A stretch of DNA of 64,000 nt from Lingula anatina. Its lineage: Eukaryota > Animalia > Brachiopoda. The translations under genes and the position numbers were made by a program. The DNA is taken from positions 8,618,001-8,682,000 of the forward strand of contig CM120649.1 of assembly GCA_051362555.1 (NCBI GenBank), read 5' to 3'. Under the pieces are notes generated by a model. That model was not told where the DNA came from. It was given only the letters and a program-made list of their open reading frames with translations, and made no database searches. Shown piece by piece: positions 25,336 to 39,000 of the stretch (its first letter is position 1; each line of letters starts with the position of its first letter).

Positions 25336-26718
25336 TAAGTTTGCTGATGTAGTTAAAGTAAGGCTACATTCCTGCTTGCATAATTGCATACTGTAACAAT
25401 AGAATTTATGAATAGAAAACCTTTCACTAAATCGTATGGTAACTAATTGTTAATTGCTTCTTGATATACTGAAAATATTAGCTGAACAGTTTCAAGGTAG
25501 GATATTGCATGTAGGTTTTACTGAACGTTGCTTGGTAATTGTAATACAACAAATGTGTAGTTAAAGAATTCACACCCTGTCCCCTGACATAATTTTTGTA
25601 GTGTACCAACATAACCAATTGTTTTGTCCTTTTCAGAGGTTTGGAAAACACCATGACCAAGCCAAAGTGTTTTTTTTTTTTTTTAATTGTTTAGATTTTT
25701 AGGTTTTAAATGGTCATGACCACTCTCTTATGTGATTTAGAGATTTTATTTTTGTCCGCCTGTAGCTTTAAATTTATATCAGAAAATTCAGATATTACTT
25801 TTGCCTTGTAAGCAATGTTAAAACCAAGTTCATTGGGATGTTTTAAAGCCAAACTGTCTGGGATTTGACATGCATAGATTCTCTTTGTAATATGTAATCT
25901 GAACAGTAAAAAAGTGTGTTTAACCATTCGCAATGTGGTTCCAGTATCTACTTTAAAGTTAAAATACCTGCTCAACAAGAGGTCTATCATATACTTCAGT
26001 TGGTACAATTGCTGCAAATATATGCAATTCAGCACAGGCCAATCTGTATATTTATGACCTTGATGGAAGTGTTAATGTCAAAAGGAATGTATTTATGGAA
26101 TGGATTTGAATACTCTCTTTATTAATCATGCCAGTGCAAAGGATATTAAGGACATTATGTGTGAGGTGTTGGATACAAACTATATAACCACTGCTGTTTG
26201 GAAATCTTTTAAGACTGATCATTCTGCATAAACAGAGACTGACTGATCACTCTGCATAAACAGAGACTGAATACAACAAACCACTAGTACAAACCAAAGG
26301 ACTTAAACATTTGCCTTGATCTTGCTTTACACTATCAGGTGGGAAAGGCAATATGTTTTCAAATGTTTGATATTAATTGGATGTCTGTTTGTGCCCTTAG
26401 ATTGCTGTATTCAATTTACCTGTATATTGTATATAGTTCATTCCTGAACAACTAATTCTAATGTATAGACATTGTTTGTATTTGTACTGAGTTAAGGAAA
26501 ACTTGTTTCACAATAAATCTTTGTAAATCAACCATTTCTTCAATTTTGGAATTATTATTATTTTTAAAATTTGTTTAACATTGTAGTGACAATGCATGTA
26601 GAGTACCCGGTACTTGATAAACAGCATTAATAGGGACGTGACAATAAGTTATAAGCATATTTTACATATAAATCAAATAATTAAGATCTACCATGACAGA
26701 AATACATAGATAAGTAAC

Positions 26719-27043
26719 CCTTAGCAAAATTTAAAAAGTGTGCAGCACATGTGCTGCAAATTTACTGCGCATGTACAGCACACTCTACAGTGTGCAGTAG
26801 ACAGCTGTGGGGAGCATGCAGAAGTGTGCAGTAAAAATCTTGCTGCACACCTACTGCACACTTCCATGAGTACAAACAGTGTGCAGAGAGTATGCAAGAG
26901 ACTTGGTATTTCAATAGAAGCATGAGGACAGTGTGCAGTAAACTTAAAATTTGATCAGGAGTTTGCCACAAATGTACAGGAAACTTTAAAATTTTAATAT
27001 AAGTTGTGTGTGTTGAGTGCACGGCAAACTAAATTTCTTCGGG
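26719..27043. mobile_element. Degenerate MITE with CCC...GGG ends and internal GTGTGCAG repeats (CACTA/EnSpm-like?)
   Basis: CCCTTAGCAAAATT ... AAATTTCTTCGGG; many direct and inverted GTGTGCAG/CTGCACAC motifs. Confidence 0.4.
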
Positions 27044-27609
27044 ATTATGCTATTTTAGTGTGTAAAAAACTCATCATTTAAAAAGTGTTTAATGTACCGA
27101 TACAAGATACATGTACTGCCATTGACAATTATGCAAACAAAATACTTTAATACACATTTTACTTTTATAACCATCAATAAGAAAGAATCTATGTTTTAAT
27201 AGAATTTTATTGTCATATGAGCTATATTTATGATGCAGGCCAGATAGAAATCCATCCAGATTTTAAATCACCCTAGGCCAAATTAAAATCTACTCAGATT
27301 TGGGCATATGCGGTTTTAGCTTTTGCTTTGAAAACAAACTGCCAAATTAGTCCAACAAACAAATCAATTACATTACGAAAAGCTAGTTATAAAGTATATT
27401 TTTCTAACAAACAATGGTGTTTACCTCACTCAAAGTATGAGAAAAAGTCAAGGGCAATATAAGTTTAACAACCTGTAAAGGAAAAAATTACTAATGAACC
27501 CTTTAAATTCATTCACTAAATCACTTATGCAAAGCCATACCCACCACTAAAATTTAAGATTATTTTTAGGATGTATCAAAAACAGTCATGAAATCTAGGA
27601 TTATGGTAA

Positions 27610-27909
27610 ACTAGAAAAGCACTCCGAGAGCGCAGACCTCCGCCAAGGCAGCAAAGTCTCTACCCAATGCCGTTTCACCCCTAAATTTTCATTCTATAAT
27701 GATTTAGTTTTTTATTTTTGATTATTGATTGATTATTGATCCGGATCACCACCAAAAACTAATAATCTGTTCCTTGGCCCACTTCTGACAGTTCCTGAAA
27801 ATTTCATCAAAATCAGTTCATAACTTTTTGAGTTATGTTGATGACAGACAGACAGACAGACAAACAAACAAACAGGGGTGAAAACATAACCTCCTTGGCA
27901 GAGGTAATT
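27610..27909 (-). mobile_element. Short HINE/Helitron2-like element
   Basis: Minus strand: TTACCTCTGCCAAGGAGGTTATG, (GTTT/GTCT)n, sub-TIR CCTTGGCGGAGGT, 3' hairpin GCGCTCTCGGAGTGC, CTAGTT end. Confidence 0.8.
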
Positions 27910-28262
27910 GAACATGACTCCTACTAGCATAATCTTGACTTTGCTATTTAATTATCACCAAAAGATAAAAACACAGTATATAATGTATTTTTACTATTTT
28001 TATGATGATATTCACTTCATATTTCTACTAATATATTGAAAGGTCAACCTTATCTAGTCAGATTTTTTAAAAACTTGTCAAATTATTGCCAATAAATTCG
28101 ACCAAATGCCACCATGTATAGTTTCATATAGAATTAATTCAAGAAACAACTCGGGTTTCAGAACTAGAGGAACGGATAAGAGTATCAAGTTTGCGCCCAG
28201 AAATATAATAAATGTGCAGTTTTAAAGCTTTTGTTCGGCTGATTGACAGATAAATTACATTG

Positions 28263-28445
28263 TACATCCGCCAAGGAGGTTATGTTTTCACCCCTGTCTG
28301 TCTGTCTGTTTGTTTGTTTGTCATCAACATAACTCAAAAAGTTAAGGACCGATTTTGATGAAATTTTCAGGGTAGGTGGGAAATGGGTTAACTTAGAAGT
28401 GATTAGTTTTGGTGGTGATCCGGACCAATAATCAATCAATAATAA
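28263..28445 (+). mobile_element. 5' part of the same HINE family, inverted relative to 27610-27909
   Basis: TCCGCCAAGGAGGTTATGTTTTCACCCCTGTCTGTCTG..GGTGGTGATCCGGA. Confidence 0.75.
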
Positions 28446-28575
28446 TAATAATAAAATTGCTGCCTTGTACATTTTCTGTGTTACAGAGAATGTACAGAGC
28501 GGCTTTCTTCTTTGTTATGCGTCTTTAAAAGAAAAAACAAAGCACTTTTTTTAAAAATAAAAATGTTAGAAATAC

Positions 28576-29337
28576 CTGTACAAACCTTAGTCGCCACAAC
28601 TCTAGTGTTAAATATTTACAGTGCTATAGCAATAGGCGACAGCATGTTTTAATTGGGATGCGTTAATAATAATAATAATCTCATTCATTTGGAGTGAAAG
28701 TCTATGGACAAAACAAGATGGTTTGTTTGTGCAATAACCTGATAGATTGCGTTAAGTGTCTTCTCTAACACAATCCCACGACAGTGATACTATTATGTAA
28801 CCAGGTGAGCATTTTGGTGAGAGGTATTCAGATAGGACCAAGGTCAGTAGGAAGAGGAAGAGCTTCATGTGCCACATTGCCACGATTACCACACGTAGAC
28901 TGAAATTTTGGCACTGAGATCTGATGTAGTTTGTTGTAAGTACTGTGTACATGATATAAGGCAACACTGATCGGTTTATGTTGACGATATTTTATCAGAA
29001 AGTATGCATATCCCTCTTCAGTTCAGCTGTAATGGCTCTTGGATATATTTTATTGACATAAATGTCCAAATGAGTTTGAAAAGTTAAATAACTTCTTATG
29101 TTGCTTTTTCCAGAAGGAAAGCATTTGTTCATAAAGAAGTGAGAAGATTATTCCAGTCGTCCAAAGGTCTGAACTCGTTATTCCGTCTTAAACAAAGCAA
29201 GACGACCAAGCAGGTAACTACCGGTACATTCTCAGCTCCCAATGGGTGCCTTCTTCATCTTACAACAGCGGCAATGTCGACTTCCATTGCCTCTAATTTT
29301 CATGATTTCAATTTCATACCATCCTTTATATTACAAT
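28576..29337 (-). pseudogene. Possible decayed N-terminal exon of an UNC-93-like membrane protein
   Basis: Strong acceptor ttttatttcag at 29338; fragments ENVPVVTCLVVLLCL..WNNLLTSL and LPYIMYTVLTTNY..VVIVAMWHMKLFLFLLT loosely resemble the first UNC-93 helices; many stops. Confidence 0.25.
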
Positions 29338-31139
29338 CTGAAATAAAATGCGCGAAAAAAGTATCTGATTTTAAAAGAAATTGAGCTAAAATGCTAGCGT
29401 TCGGATTACAAAATTATTTAAGTGGGTTAATCGGAATAAAGTCATTGGTAAAATCATTATTTTTCTGTCTATAAAAGTGAAGTGGTTTAAATAATCACAT
29501 GTAGCAATAAAATGCTGAATTTATGTCAGACTACTCACAAAATAAGCAATATAATACATAAATAAAGCAAGAGAAAAAACAAACACTTTCTGCATCTTTG
29601 TGCTCTGTAAACCACATGTTAATTGTCATTGACCAGTGTTTTATGTTATCCTACAGAACCGAGGCAATTTAATATTGCTACATTGTAGCCCGCATTTACA
29701 AAATCCTGAATTATCATGATCAAATCTAGGCTTTCTGTCAAATGTTTACATTTATCTACTTTTAATTCCGCAAATATATAAAGTTTTTACGGCCGGTTTT
29801 GTTTTTATGGTAAAATTATCTATGTGGGCAAATATTATATGCAGTCTCCATCAAAATACTCCTCGTGGAGGGATATGGTTTAGCAAAGATAGAAAAAATA
29901 AAGATTAGTATGTTGACGTGTAACAGTGTGTACAGGGCAAGTAATAGTAACGTCGTTATAAAGTATATTATTGTATAGAACGTGTAGATTCAATTTACCT
30001 AGTATATAGCTATTCTCTATGATATGATTTCTGTGTCCTTAATGCATACTGAAATGGATCGGTGTAAAGATTATATTTCACTTTTAAAATTATTAGATAT
30101 AGTTTCTTGCATGTGGATTTCGTATAATTTATTTCATTTTTCATTTACTTTCAGTGTCTCGTAACAACCGTCTTACGATGAAATTGGACGCACTCCCAGC
30201 AAAGACATCAGATTCGTGTTCGCCAGCGCCCGCACCCATGTCAACGTTGTCTTGCGTTTGTTGTATAGTCAACTTGCAGGGTTGACATTTGATTTGGTTT
30301 GAAATGTAATGTTTGGTTTGGGTTGTAATATTCTGCATCAAACCGTGTATCAAATGAAGTGCAGCGTGTAACGAGTGGTTTATTCATGAAACTTCTAATA
30401 AAATGGACTAAATCCAAGCGTCAACGATGCACGTCGCTGGTATATTATTATACATATATGTAAATAAGCTGTAATACAGCACTCTATCCGCACACATACC
30501 AACCAGTTTTCGAATCTGAAACGACACTTTTGAAGTTGTCCTAAAACAAAACAAAAAAAATCCCTTGCTTAATCGATCTATGAAAATAAAATTAATTGCA
30601 AATTTATCATTAAGTGATGTGCAGGTAGAGCACTGTGCTAGTGCGACCGATTTAATGTTTTATTGTAAAATTATATGTGTGGGCAAATATGTAATAAGAC
30701 GCTTTGTTATGCAATCGAAAATGCATGTTTATTCATATTAAATTGGATACAAATATTGATTTTAATGAAACTAACTTTAGAAAAAAAAAAGGTCGCAACT
30801 CCATTACGTAAAATGCCTACAAGAGTTTTATTGTGGGTTCTTTGGAAAAATGAACGAGATGTGAATCTACAATAAGCTGTCAACACTGCAATCCAAATAT
30901 GACACTTATGAAATTGTTAAATGTGCTCAAGTTATTGCAGAACTGCCCACACGTATTGAAACGGGTCTTTTTGAAATTGTGAATATGCGGTTATGACGCA
31001 TGGTAAGAATAAACTTCCTTTGGTTCCCGGTGTTTTGATGTACTAGTAGTGTGTCTGATCAGTGACAGACCCATAGTTATATTGCTGGGAGGGGGGAAAA
31101 ATCTGTATTTTCAGAAAATCAAACCAGGCGTTGGGTTAG

Positions 31140-31170
<31 letters not shown>

Positions 31171-31524
31171 AATAAGTTTTTGTTATTGAAGAAGGAAAAT
31201 TTACTTTTTACCTTCATTACAAGGCGGATATACTCACAAAGAGAAACAGTGAATAGTAGAAATTTGTTTCCTTTTACTTTAAATAAAATGTATATGTAGG
31301 ACTGGCTTTTTATCGCATCTTTTACAACTTGACATGTTAAAAAATCCTTATCAAATTCGTATCAAAAACTACAGTTGTCGAAAAGATCTGTTTTGGGGTA
31401 ATGGGTATTTCCTAGTAATTAAACGAACTTTTGTAGACTGTCAACTTTTGTCAATCCTCTGAAAACACGAAATTGGTCAGTTAATCGCCAATTTAATGAC
31501 TTATCGTCTAAAAATCCTTTTTCT

Positions 31525-31558
<34 letters not shown>

Positions 31559-32900
31559 GTCTAATCAAATATGAAAAGTCGAAATATATATTATCAGAAA
31601 AATGACACTTTGATTGGTTAGAGTAAGTTTTACACAAACTTAGAAGGTTAGTGTTTTATTTAATGTTGATCTTGCACTTGGTACTTTCTTAATTCTGTTT
31701 TGCGATCGGGATCAAGGGGTGACTGAGAACAAAAGGCCCGATTAGATGCCAGTCCTGCAGTGCTGTTGGGTTATTTTTACTGAATGTTTCTTGATCACTG
31801 AGCATCAGAGATCTTTGAGTTTATTAGCATTTTCTTAGTACATGTGATTAGTTATTTTGATTTAAGCGGTTTTCGCATAACCTTTTCAATTTTGTTTACA
31901 TATTGTTCTTAAAAATGACTATGACTAGGATAAGGTTGTAAACTGACCATGTCTTCATGCTGTTCTTGATTCGCACGACGCATAAATTGTGCCATCAAAA
32001 TCCTATTTTAAGATTTAAAGAAAAGAAAAAAAATGACGCAAAATATGAGGTACATATTTATTTATCTATGAGAAAAGCACTCATCAAATTTGCATAATTG
32101 AATAATGTTTGACTGCTGTTTGGTGTTGTGTGTGATCATCAGCATGGCGACATAGAAGAAGTTGTGGTGTCATGAGTGTGTACCCGCGTGCGGGGGGGAA
32201 CGCTTACATGAGAATATATGCATTTTAAATTTTCAATTTGATACCACCTTTGCCTTTGGATAAAAATGCCCCTCGGTGAAATTTTGTATCAGTCACAAGA
32301 CTAATACACCAATGTCAACTTTGAACAATGGCTGTAAAATACTTCACGTCAAATCTTCAACTTTCTCGTCGCAGCAAAAACCTGAGAATTTCTTGTTCTG
32401 GCCAGTATTATGTCGTCTCGTATGTAGTGTTCTTGAACACTTTTTCAAAACCAAAACGATTGATCTTGAGCGACAATTTTCAAAATGCATAGAACCTCCG
32501 ACACATTTAGTTATAGATAGTTGTATTTAAGCTTGATTTACATCTCGAAATGCGAAGTCGTTATAAAAATTACTTTTTATGTACAGCCAAAACTTAATGT
32601 ATGGGTTTTGCATACATCTGTATAGTGGAATTACTTGTATTTGTTATAATAAACGTACATAAAAGTTGTAAGATATGTAGTTTAAAAAATGTGCAAAATG
32701 TCATTCCTGGCTTTCTTTTCTTCAGCTCGACCCGAACCTTTGTTTATTAACTTAGTCTTCTTCTCCTTCTTGGTTTGTCGCCTTACCCACTGAGCCACTG
32801 CCCCAACTTACTTTTTCCTCATGCGTATGATCCTCTTGTAGTAGTCTAAATTGTTTATTTGGGTTTATTTTTGTAAAAGGTAATTTGCTAGGACCTAGAA

Positions 32901-32968
32901 GCGCCAGGAATCGAACTGGGGACCTTCTGTCTCAGAGGCAAGCGCGTTACCTACTTCTCTAAGTGTTC
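32901..32968 (-). mobile_element. tRNA-derived SINE-like head (not a functional tRNA)
   Basis: Minus strand TAGAGAAGTAGGTAACGCGCTTGCCTCTGAGACAGAAGGTCCCCAGTTCGATTCCTGG with A- and B-box-like motifs; the acceptor stem does not pair. Confidence 0.55.
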
Positions 32969-33411
32969 CCACCCACCCTCCTCGGGAAGACTTTCTTCTT
33001 ATAGTAACCGAAGAAAAATTTTGATAGCACCCCTTTGTAATTCCAAAGTGCCCAAGCTAGAAATCGGACCCCAATCCCAGGCTACCACTGAGCCGTGTAG
33101 CCATCAGGAAAACACTAAGACATTTTGTATATTCAGTAAGTTTTTTATTAAGAACAATTCAAATTAATTTTACTGTATTCAGTTATTAATAAAGCATGTA
33201 TCTATAAAATATCATTGTCGTAAGTCTTTTTATTACTGCAAATATCTGTGAGAATATGATTGATGTCTGCATTTAAATTCACTTAAAAGTGTAAAAATAT
33301 AACATTCTTATCTATTCGACTTAACAAAATAAACTGTCTACCACATTAATGGTCTTATGTTTGATCTTAATGAAACGAACAAAATCTTTCAACTTCTTCT
33401 TTAAAAAAAAA

Positions 33412-33536
33412 CAATGGTGGATCTAGTCTCCGCCCTCCCCGAGGAGAAAGACCCATTCTGGACTCGCATGATCAAGTCCTCGAAAGAATCCATCACGCCC
33501 CAAATGTCCCTTTAAAATGTCCTGGATCCGCCATTG
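33412..33536. mobile_element. hAT-like MITE
   Basis: TIR CAATGGTGGATCTAG/CTGGATCCGCCATTG; no clear TSD. Confidence 0.6.
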
Positions 33537-35996
33537 TTTTATCTTTATATAACAATGAAAACTATGAGACATTTGTTAAATGCTCTGTTTAAAATTGCAC
33601 GCTTTTTTGAAGTCGGACACTTATCGTTGGGAACGAAAAAAACGGACACGCACTTTCGTTATATTTGGCAAAAAAGCGTCAAAAGTCCCCAAAAATTAAT
33701 ACAACGTTTATACAGCTATTGACAAAATGTAAAGACTAATGAAAATTAGATAATAAAATGAATATGAAAATTTAAAAAATCGTTACAAAAACAAACAATA
33801 AAATCTATTTAGAAAACAAACTACATGTTCACTTATGAAATCTGGATTAAAATCCAAGGTACATATCACGATATTTCTCATATTTCCTACATCCATTTTT
33901 AATTTCAAAAATCTTGTAACAAATAATTTGCAACCTTCTGAACATAAATTGTTCTAAATACGAGAAAATATCACGATATTTCTGCATCATCTGGTCAATA
34001 GAAAAGAAAACGCTGGTTAGAGAGAATTGCCGAAAACAGTTAAATTTGAAAAATAAAATAATTTTCAATCACATAAATGGTCCTATCATCTTTACCCAGA
34101 ACCTGTATGTGTTCAACAGATGAATGGCAAAAATATAAGTCATTTTCAGGATAAAAAGTGCCATATTTTACATTGTAAGAACTACATTCAGAGATAAATA
34201 CTAAAAAACAAAATAAGTTGCTTTTCCATCCTATGAATGGCATTTACATGTACAATATCAGCTTTTCAAGAAGGGAATTTTCGCAAATGAAAATTGAAAT
34301 TTGCAAATTCTACATACTTCACTAGTAAAAAAATTCGATCTTGGCTCGTAAAATTACATTTCTTTTTCAACAAGTCAGCAAATGTTCAAATTTCAAGGGA
34401 CGATGTGCCTTTTTTCTCATCTGAACATTAAAAGAAAGACACACAATGATCGTTTGTTGTTACATTCTAGATTTCAGTCCATTTGGAGAATGAGACTGAA
34501 GCCGGTAAAAACAGAAATTAAGAATTCGACACCGGGATTGTAGAATTTATCAGCGGTTTCGATAGTGTTCCTTGGGGATTTATTTGAAATTGCTGAATGT
34601 TACAGAAAAAAATTTGGGCTTTAAACCGACATAAAATGTGGAATATTTTTGCTTCCTTAATTCGCATTCGATTTAAACTAGAAAGTCACCCATTGCTGTC
34701 TTGCTGAAGAATACCACAAATAGTATCATTTTACATGTCACGTGTGACCAACTTGAAACTACGACAGTATAGAACATATTTCAGTTCAATAAAATAAGCT
34801 TTCTAACGGATGACCATGCATTCTGATATATGATCACGTTTTAAATATATTACATTTAATTCTTATAAGAACTCAAATTCGTGATGTTATATTGATAAAT
34901 AAAACACGTGAAAAAAAATCGCCTTTAGACAGAGCCTTTTCAAATCCGTCCCAAACAACATTGCGGGCTATCAACTCACCCTTATTTCTTGAAGGGTTCA
35001 TCTTATAATCTGTCACGCAGAAATCTCAAGGACTTCAATTTAGCTCACACATGAAATGAAATATCAAATCTTAATTTATGAAATCTTGTCAATATTCGAA
35101 ATGGAAGTATATAACTGTACCCCCTTAATACTTGAATTATGTTCTTTACTCCAGAAATGGACGTTATCATATATATATCAAAAAGGCTATATCATATTCT
35201 ATAATTCTACTACCAACTGCTCACTAAATATCAACATGTCAATGGCCAGACCCTCACAAGTCATTTCACAGCATTTTCCCCTCCTTGGCCATTTCTCACG
35301 GTAAACTTCCACTGCCAATACTATTTCTACCGACGAAGTTCAAAATACTGAAAATGAAGTGCAACTGCATCTTCCTTTGATTTATGAGATGCGATGAGAT
35401 GAAGTGGTGGAGGTACGTGGGGAAAATGTTGGGAAATGACCAAAACCACTTTTAAGCAAACGGGCGTCAAAATACTTTTCAAAAATAAATCACAATTAAC
35501 TTATCACCAAATACCTGACATTGATTTCTTAAAACGTTATATTGATATGACTGAAATTACGACATTCTTATACTTAATATCTAAGCCGCCTTCGATCCAC
35601 TTCCTGATCATTGAGCACTGAGGCAGTGACGTCTCCTTCCAGGCTGTCCATCCCATTACATTCATGGTAGGGGGAGGTGGCAGGCTAAAGTGGCCGCCTT
35701 TCCTTTTCAACTCTCACCAATATTTGACGGATGAAACTTCATTTGTACTTTACAACTTTAAAAAAACATTGGACGAATTTGTGTTTAGCATATTTCTAAA
35801 AATGCCAGACGAAAATTAACCTCAGATCCTTATCAACCCCAAATTCAAACGACATTATGTAGGTCACTGGCTATCTTGATGTGACGCAATATGGTTCACT
35901 GATTTAAATATCTGAGCAGTTTTTGTTGTTTGACCAACAGACCATGAGATTGAGCCATTTGGAAGTAAACAGAAATGCTGCAATCGGAAACTCGGT

Positions 35997-36049
35997 ACTT
36001 TGCTCGAGATTTATAATTTTATTATAAATTTATAAATCTCGAGCAAAGT
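35997..36049. repeat. Perfect 20-bp inverted repeat (hairpin)
   Basis: ACTTTGCTCGAGATTTATAA ... TTATAAATCTCGAGCAAAGT. Confidence 0.9.
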
Positions 36050-39000
36050 TATAGACATAAAATAACCGGCGAATTATTTGTGAATATACGATGCTTTGAT
36101 ATTTTTATCTGTACAATAAAAGATATTTTATGCATATAATTCTCTCATCTTTGTTCATATTCTTTCATGAATGCATGTGTGAGTGTGTGTGTGCGCGCGC
36201 GCATTCTCTATTGTTAACAAATGCACCAATCATCGAATGGCGATATGGTACCATACAACTAATGATTTATTGTAAATAAAGTGATAGACAAATATGAGGA
36301 AAACAGTAAAGTTATAGGTTATCTACAAACTATAAGAGCTGTTCACGTACAGTTGCCGCCTTACTGAAGGTCAAAACCACATCAAGCGTGAGGAGTTCGA
36401 TACGTTAGTAAGGTAAGCGTTTGACAAAACAACATTTTTCAATATCTCTTATATGAAATACGCATCTTGATATTAACGCAATAAAAAATAATAAATTCAT
36501 TAGACTACTGCATATCTGCACCCTATGGCTGTACATAAGAAAGAATGAAAAACTGCAGCGAATCAAAAAAAAAAAAAAAATTCATCTCGTCTTTTAACCC
36601 AGGGAGACTCATATCACACTTATTTTAAAACAGTTGCACTGGCTCCCTGATAGAGCACGCATTTTATTCAAAATTTTAACTTTTGAGCATGCAGTTTTTT
36701 TTAAATTAACACTCAGATTAACACTCAGATGATAACTAAAAGCTGTCGAAGAGAGCCACGGTCCTCAGATGTATAAATTGGAGCGGGAGAATACAAAGGA
36801 ACTCTTTATTTGCGTAGTTTAAAATATGCATGTTATCACTAGCTGGTGAAACACACTACATGTATTGCGGTCTATTTTATCACAGGTGAGGTGATAATAG
36901 CTTAGCTTAAGCTTTGTTCATTGAAGAAAAATGATGAACTTCTGAGAGCTGTTTAAAAAAAGAGATTAAAACCAAGTTTTCAGCTCACCTTATCTACACC
37001 TGAATGAAATTGACAGTTGTATAAACACACGTCAATCATTACACTGATAAGTTAATATAGGTGTAAAACAGTGACTACGCCAAAAGACGACGCGATATCT
37101 CCAGAGGTATAGATGAATGGAAAAGAATTTTTTCTTTTTTTTAGATTTACACATGTTCATTCGCCGCCAGTTTTAACTCGGCTACTGGGATTATGTGATG
37201 AGAGGTTGCAATTGCAATTGCCAATACTTCCATGTGCCAGTTAATAACCAGTTATTATGCACGAATGGTAACAATTTATTATACCTCGCCAATATCCTCC
37301 AGTTATTTCAACCGGTCAGTACACACGTCTTCAACACATACAACACATACAGTCACATGATTATTCGACATACAACACTCAAATGACACCAATTTTATCT
37401 TATGAAAAAAATTAAATTTAAAGTGATTGTATTTTATTTCCCCGGGAAATTATATTTTAGCATAGGGGGCTCGGTCCTTACGTAAAAACAAAAAACGCGA
37501 TATATTCTGACGTCTGGCCTGTCTCAACATGGTTGTGACGACAACCACAGAATTGATGGAAATGTGCTAGATGTGACAAGCCGTTGACCACTGTAAATAT
37601 GTATATACAGTAGGCCATAAAATAACCATTTTTCTCACTAAAGAATATCATTAAAAGGTTTTTAATTAACGTCTCTTGGCAGGTTAGTTCCCCATCTACC
37701 GATCCGAAATAACAGATCCTTCTATACAAATGTAGAATGAAGTTGTTCATATATCTGTAATAAGAAGTAATACTTGCAACGTGTAATACCACAGTGCGAG
37801 ACGGTGTGTTTTTCATTTGTGTCATACTACACTGTTTTACATTGCCAAGCAAAGAGAGACAATTTTATCCTGCGCCACCCTTCCTGTTTTAAAGTCAACA
37901 GAATATAATTTGCAAAACCTTATCATTTCTAACTTACTTTCAAACTGTTCATTGTAAGTGACGTCACATTCTACAAACATGTTGCCTACCGCATTCAAAA
38001 TGGACATCTTTTTTTTCAAATGAAAGTCAAAGAAATTACGTTGTAGCTTAATACCACAATCTAACGTTAAATAAATCCTCTCTCGAGCGTGCGCACGCCC
38101 TCGCATGCAAAAGCAATAAAGTCACAGACACACACCTGTTCCCTGTGCACCTACAGAAACTGTCATTTTTCTTTGTTTCCTCAAATGTCAAAATACAACT
38201 TTGTAGCTATTACAGAGAGAGAGAGAGAGAGACGTTTTTTTTACATTAAACTTGAACTGTAAATGCGCATAAAGCTTAAAAATGTAATTTTATGTCGACG
38301 ATATATTTTTAAGGCTCTATTTGCCTTTCATATCGTAATTTTACTGGTTATAACAAGATAACAAAGATGAAGATGAATGTTCAGTGACTCAATAATATAC
38401 ATAAAAATCACGAATTATTCGATTTCACGAAAGAGAGATCTGGAGCACAGAGAGAAAGCCGTCTCCAAGACATACCCCCACCCACTCCATAATACCGTGT
38501 TTTCAGAATCATAAACAGACTATGCCTCATTTCGAGAGTTCAGAACTAACGGTCAAAATCTGGTATTTGAATTTAATTCCTTTCATGCAGAAAACCCAAT
38601 TATAAACATTGGTTTGAATGAATAGTAATAAAAAGTACTGAGTGAAACTATTTCTGGCAATCAAGTTAACATTCGTACCTGCTACGCCAGTCTTTGAATC
38701 AAAATGGATGTAAATAGTTTATACGTTTTTAATTATGGTCATTTAATTTGCATCAGCACTTGAAATACACGTAAGCTTACACAAAAGGAGATCTAATGAC
38801 AGAAGTCCAGTAACAGAAACACCCTTCCTCGTCTTAATACATGTATGTACACATTAGTGTGTACATAATGTGTACATACATGAAGCAGAAGATACAGGCA
38901 TGTTAATAACAATTAATACCTTGCGACATTAAATAGAAGTGTAGATTGCCACTTTAAATGAAATTGGTGTCGGTAACTCATTTAAAATACAGAACATTCC

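Noticed and set aside
31298-31757. Possible MITE with AGGACTGGC/GCCAGTCCT ends
   Set aside because: The IR is only about 9 bp, with no TSD and no second copy in the window.
32901-32968. Functional tRNA gene
   Set aside because: No paired acceptor stem and degenerate A/B boxes; treated as SINE-like.
37470-38080. Faint PHD-like (+ strand, LACLNM..WKCARC) and YqaJ-like (- strand) remnants in the duplicated block
   Set aside because: Multiple stops, opposite strands and too few matching residues to support a call without a profile search.
38840-38882. 17-bp inverted repeat CATGTATGTACACATTA
   Set aside because: Low-complexity TGTACA-type sequence that is self-complementary by composition.
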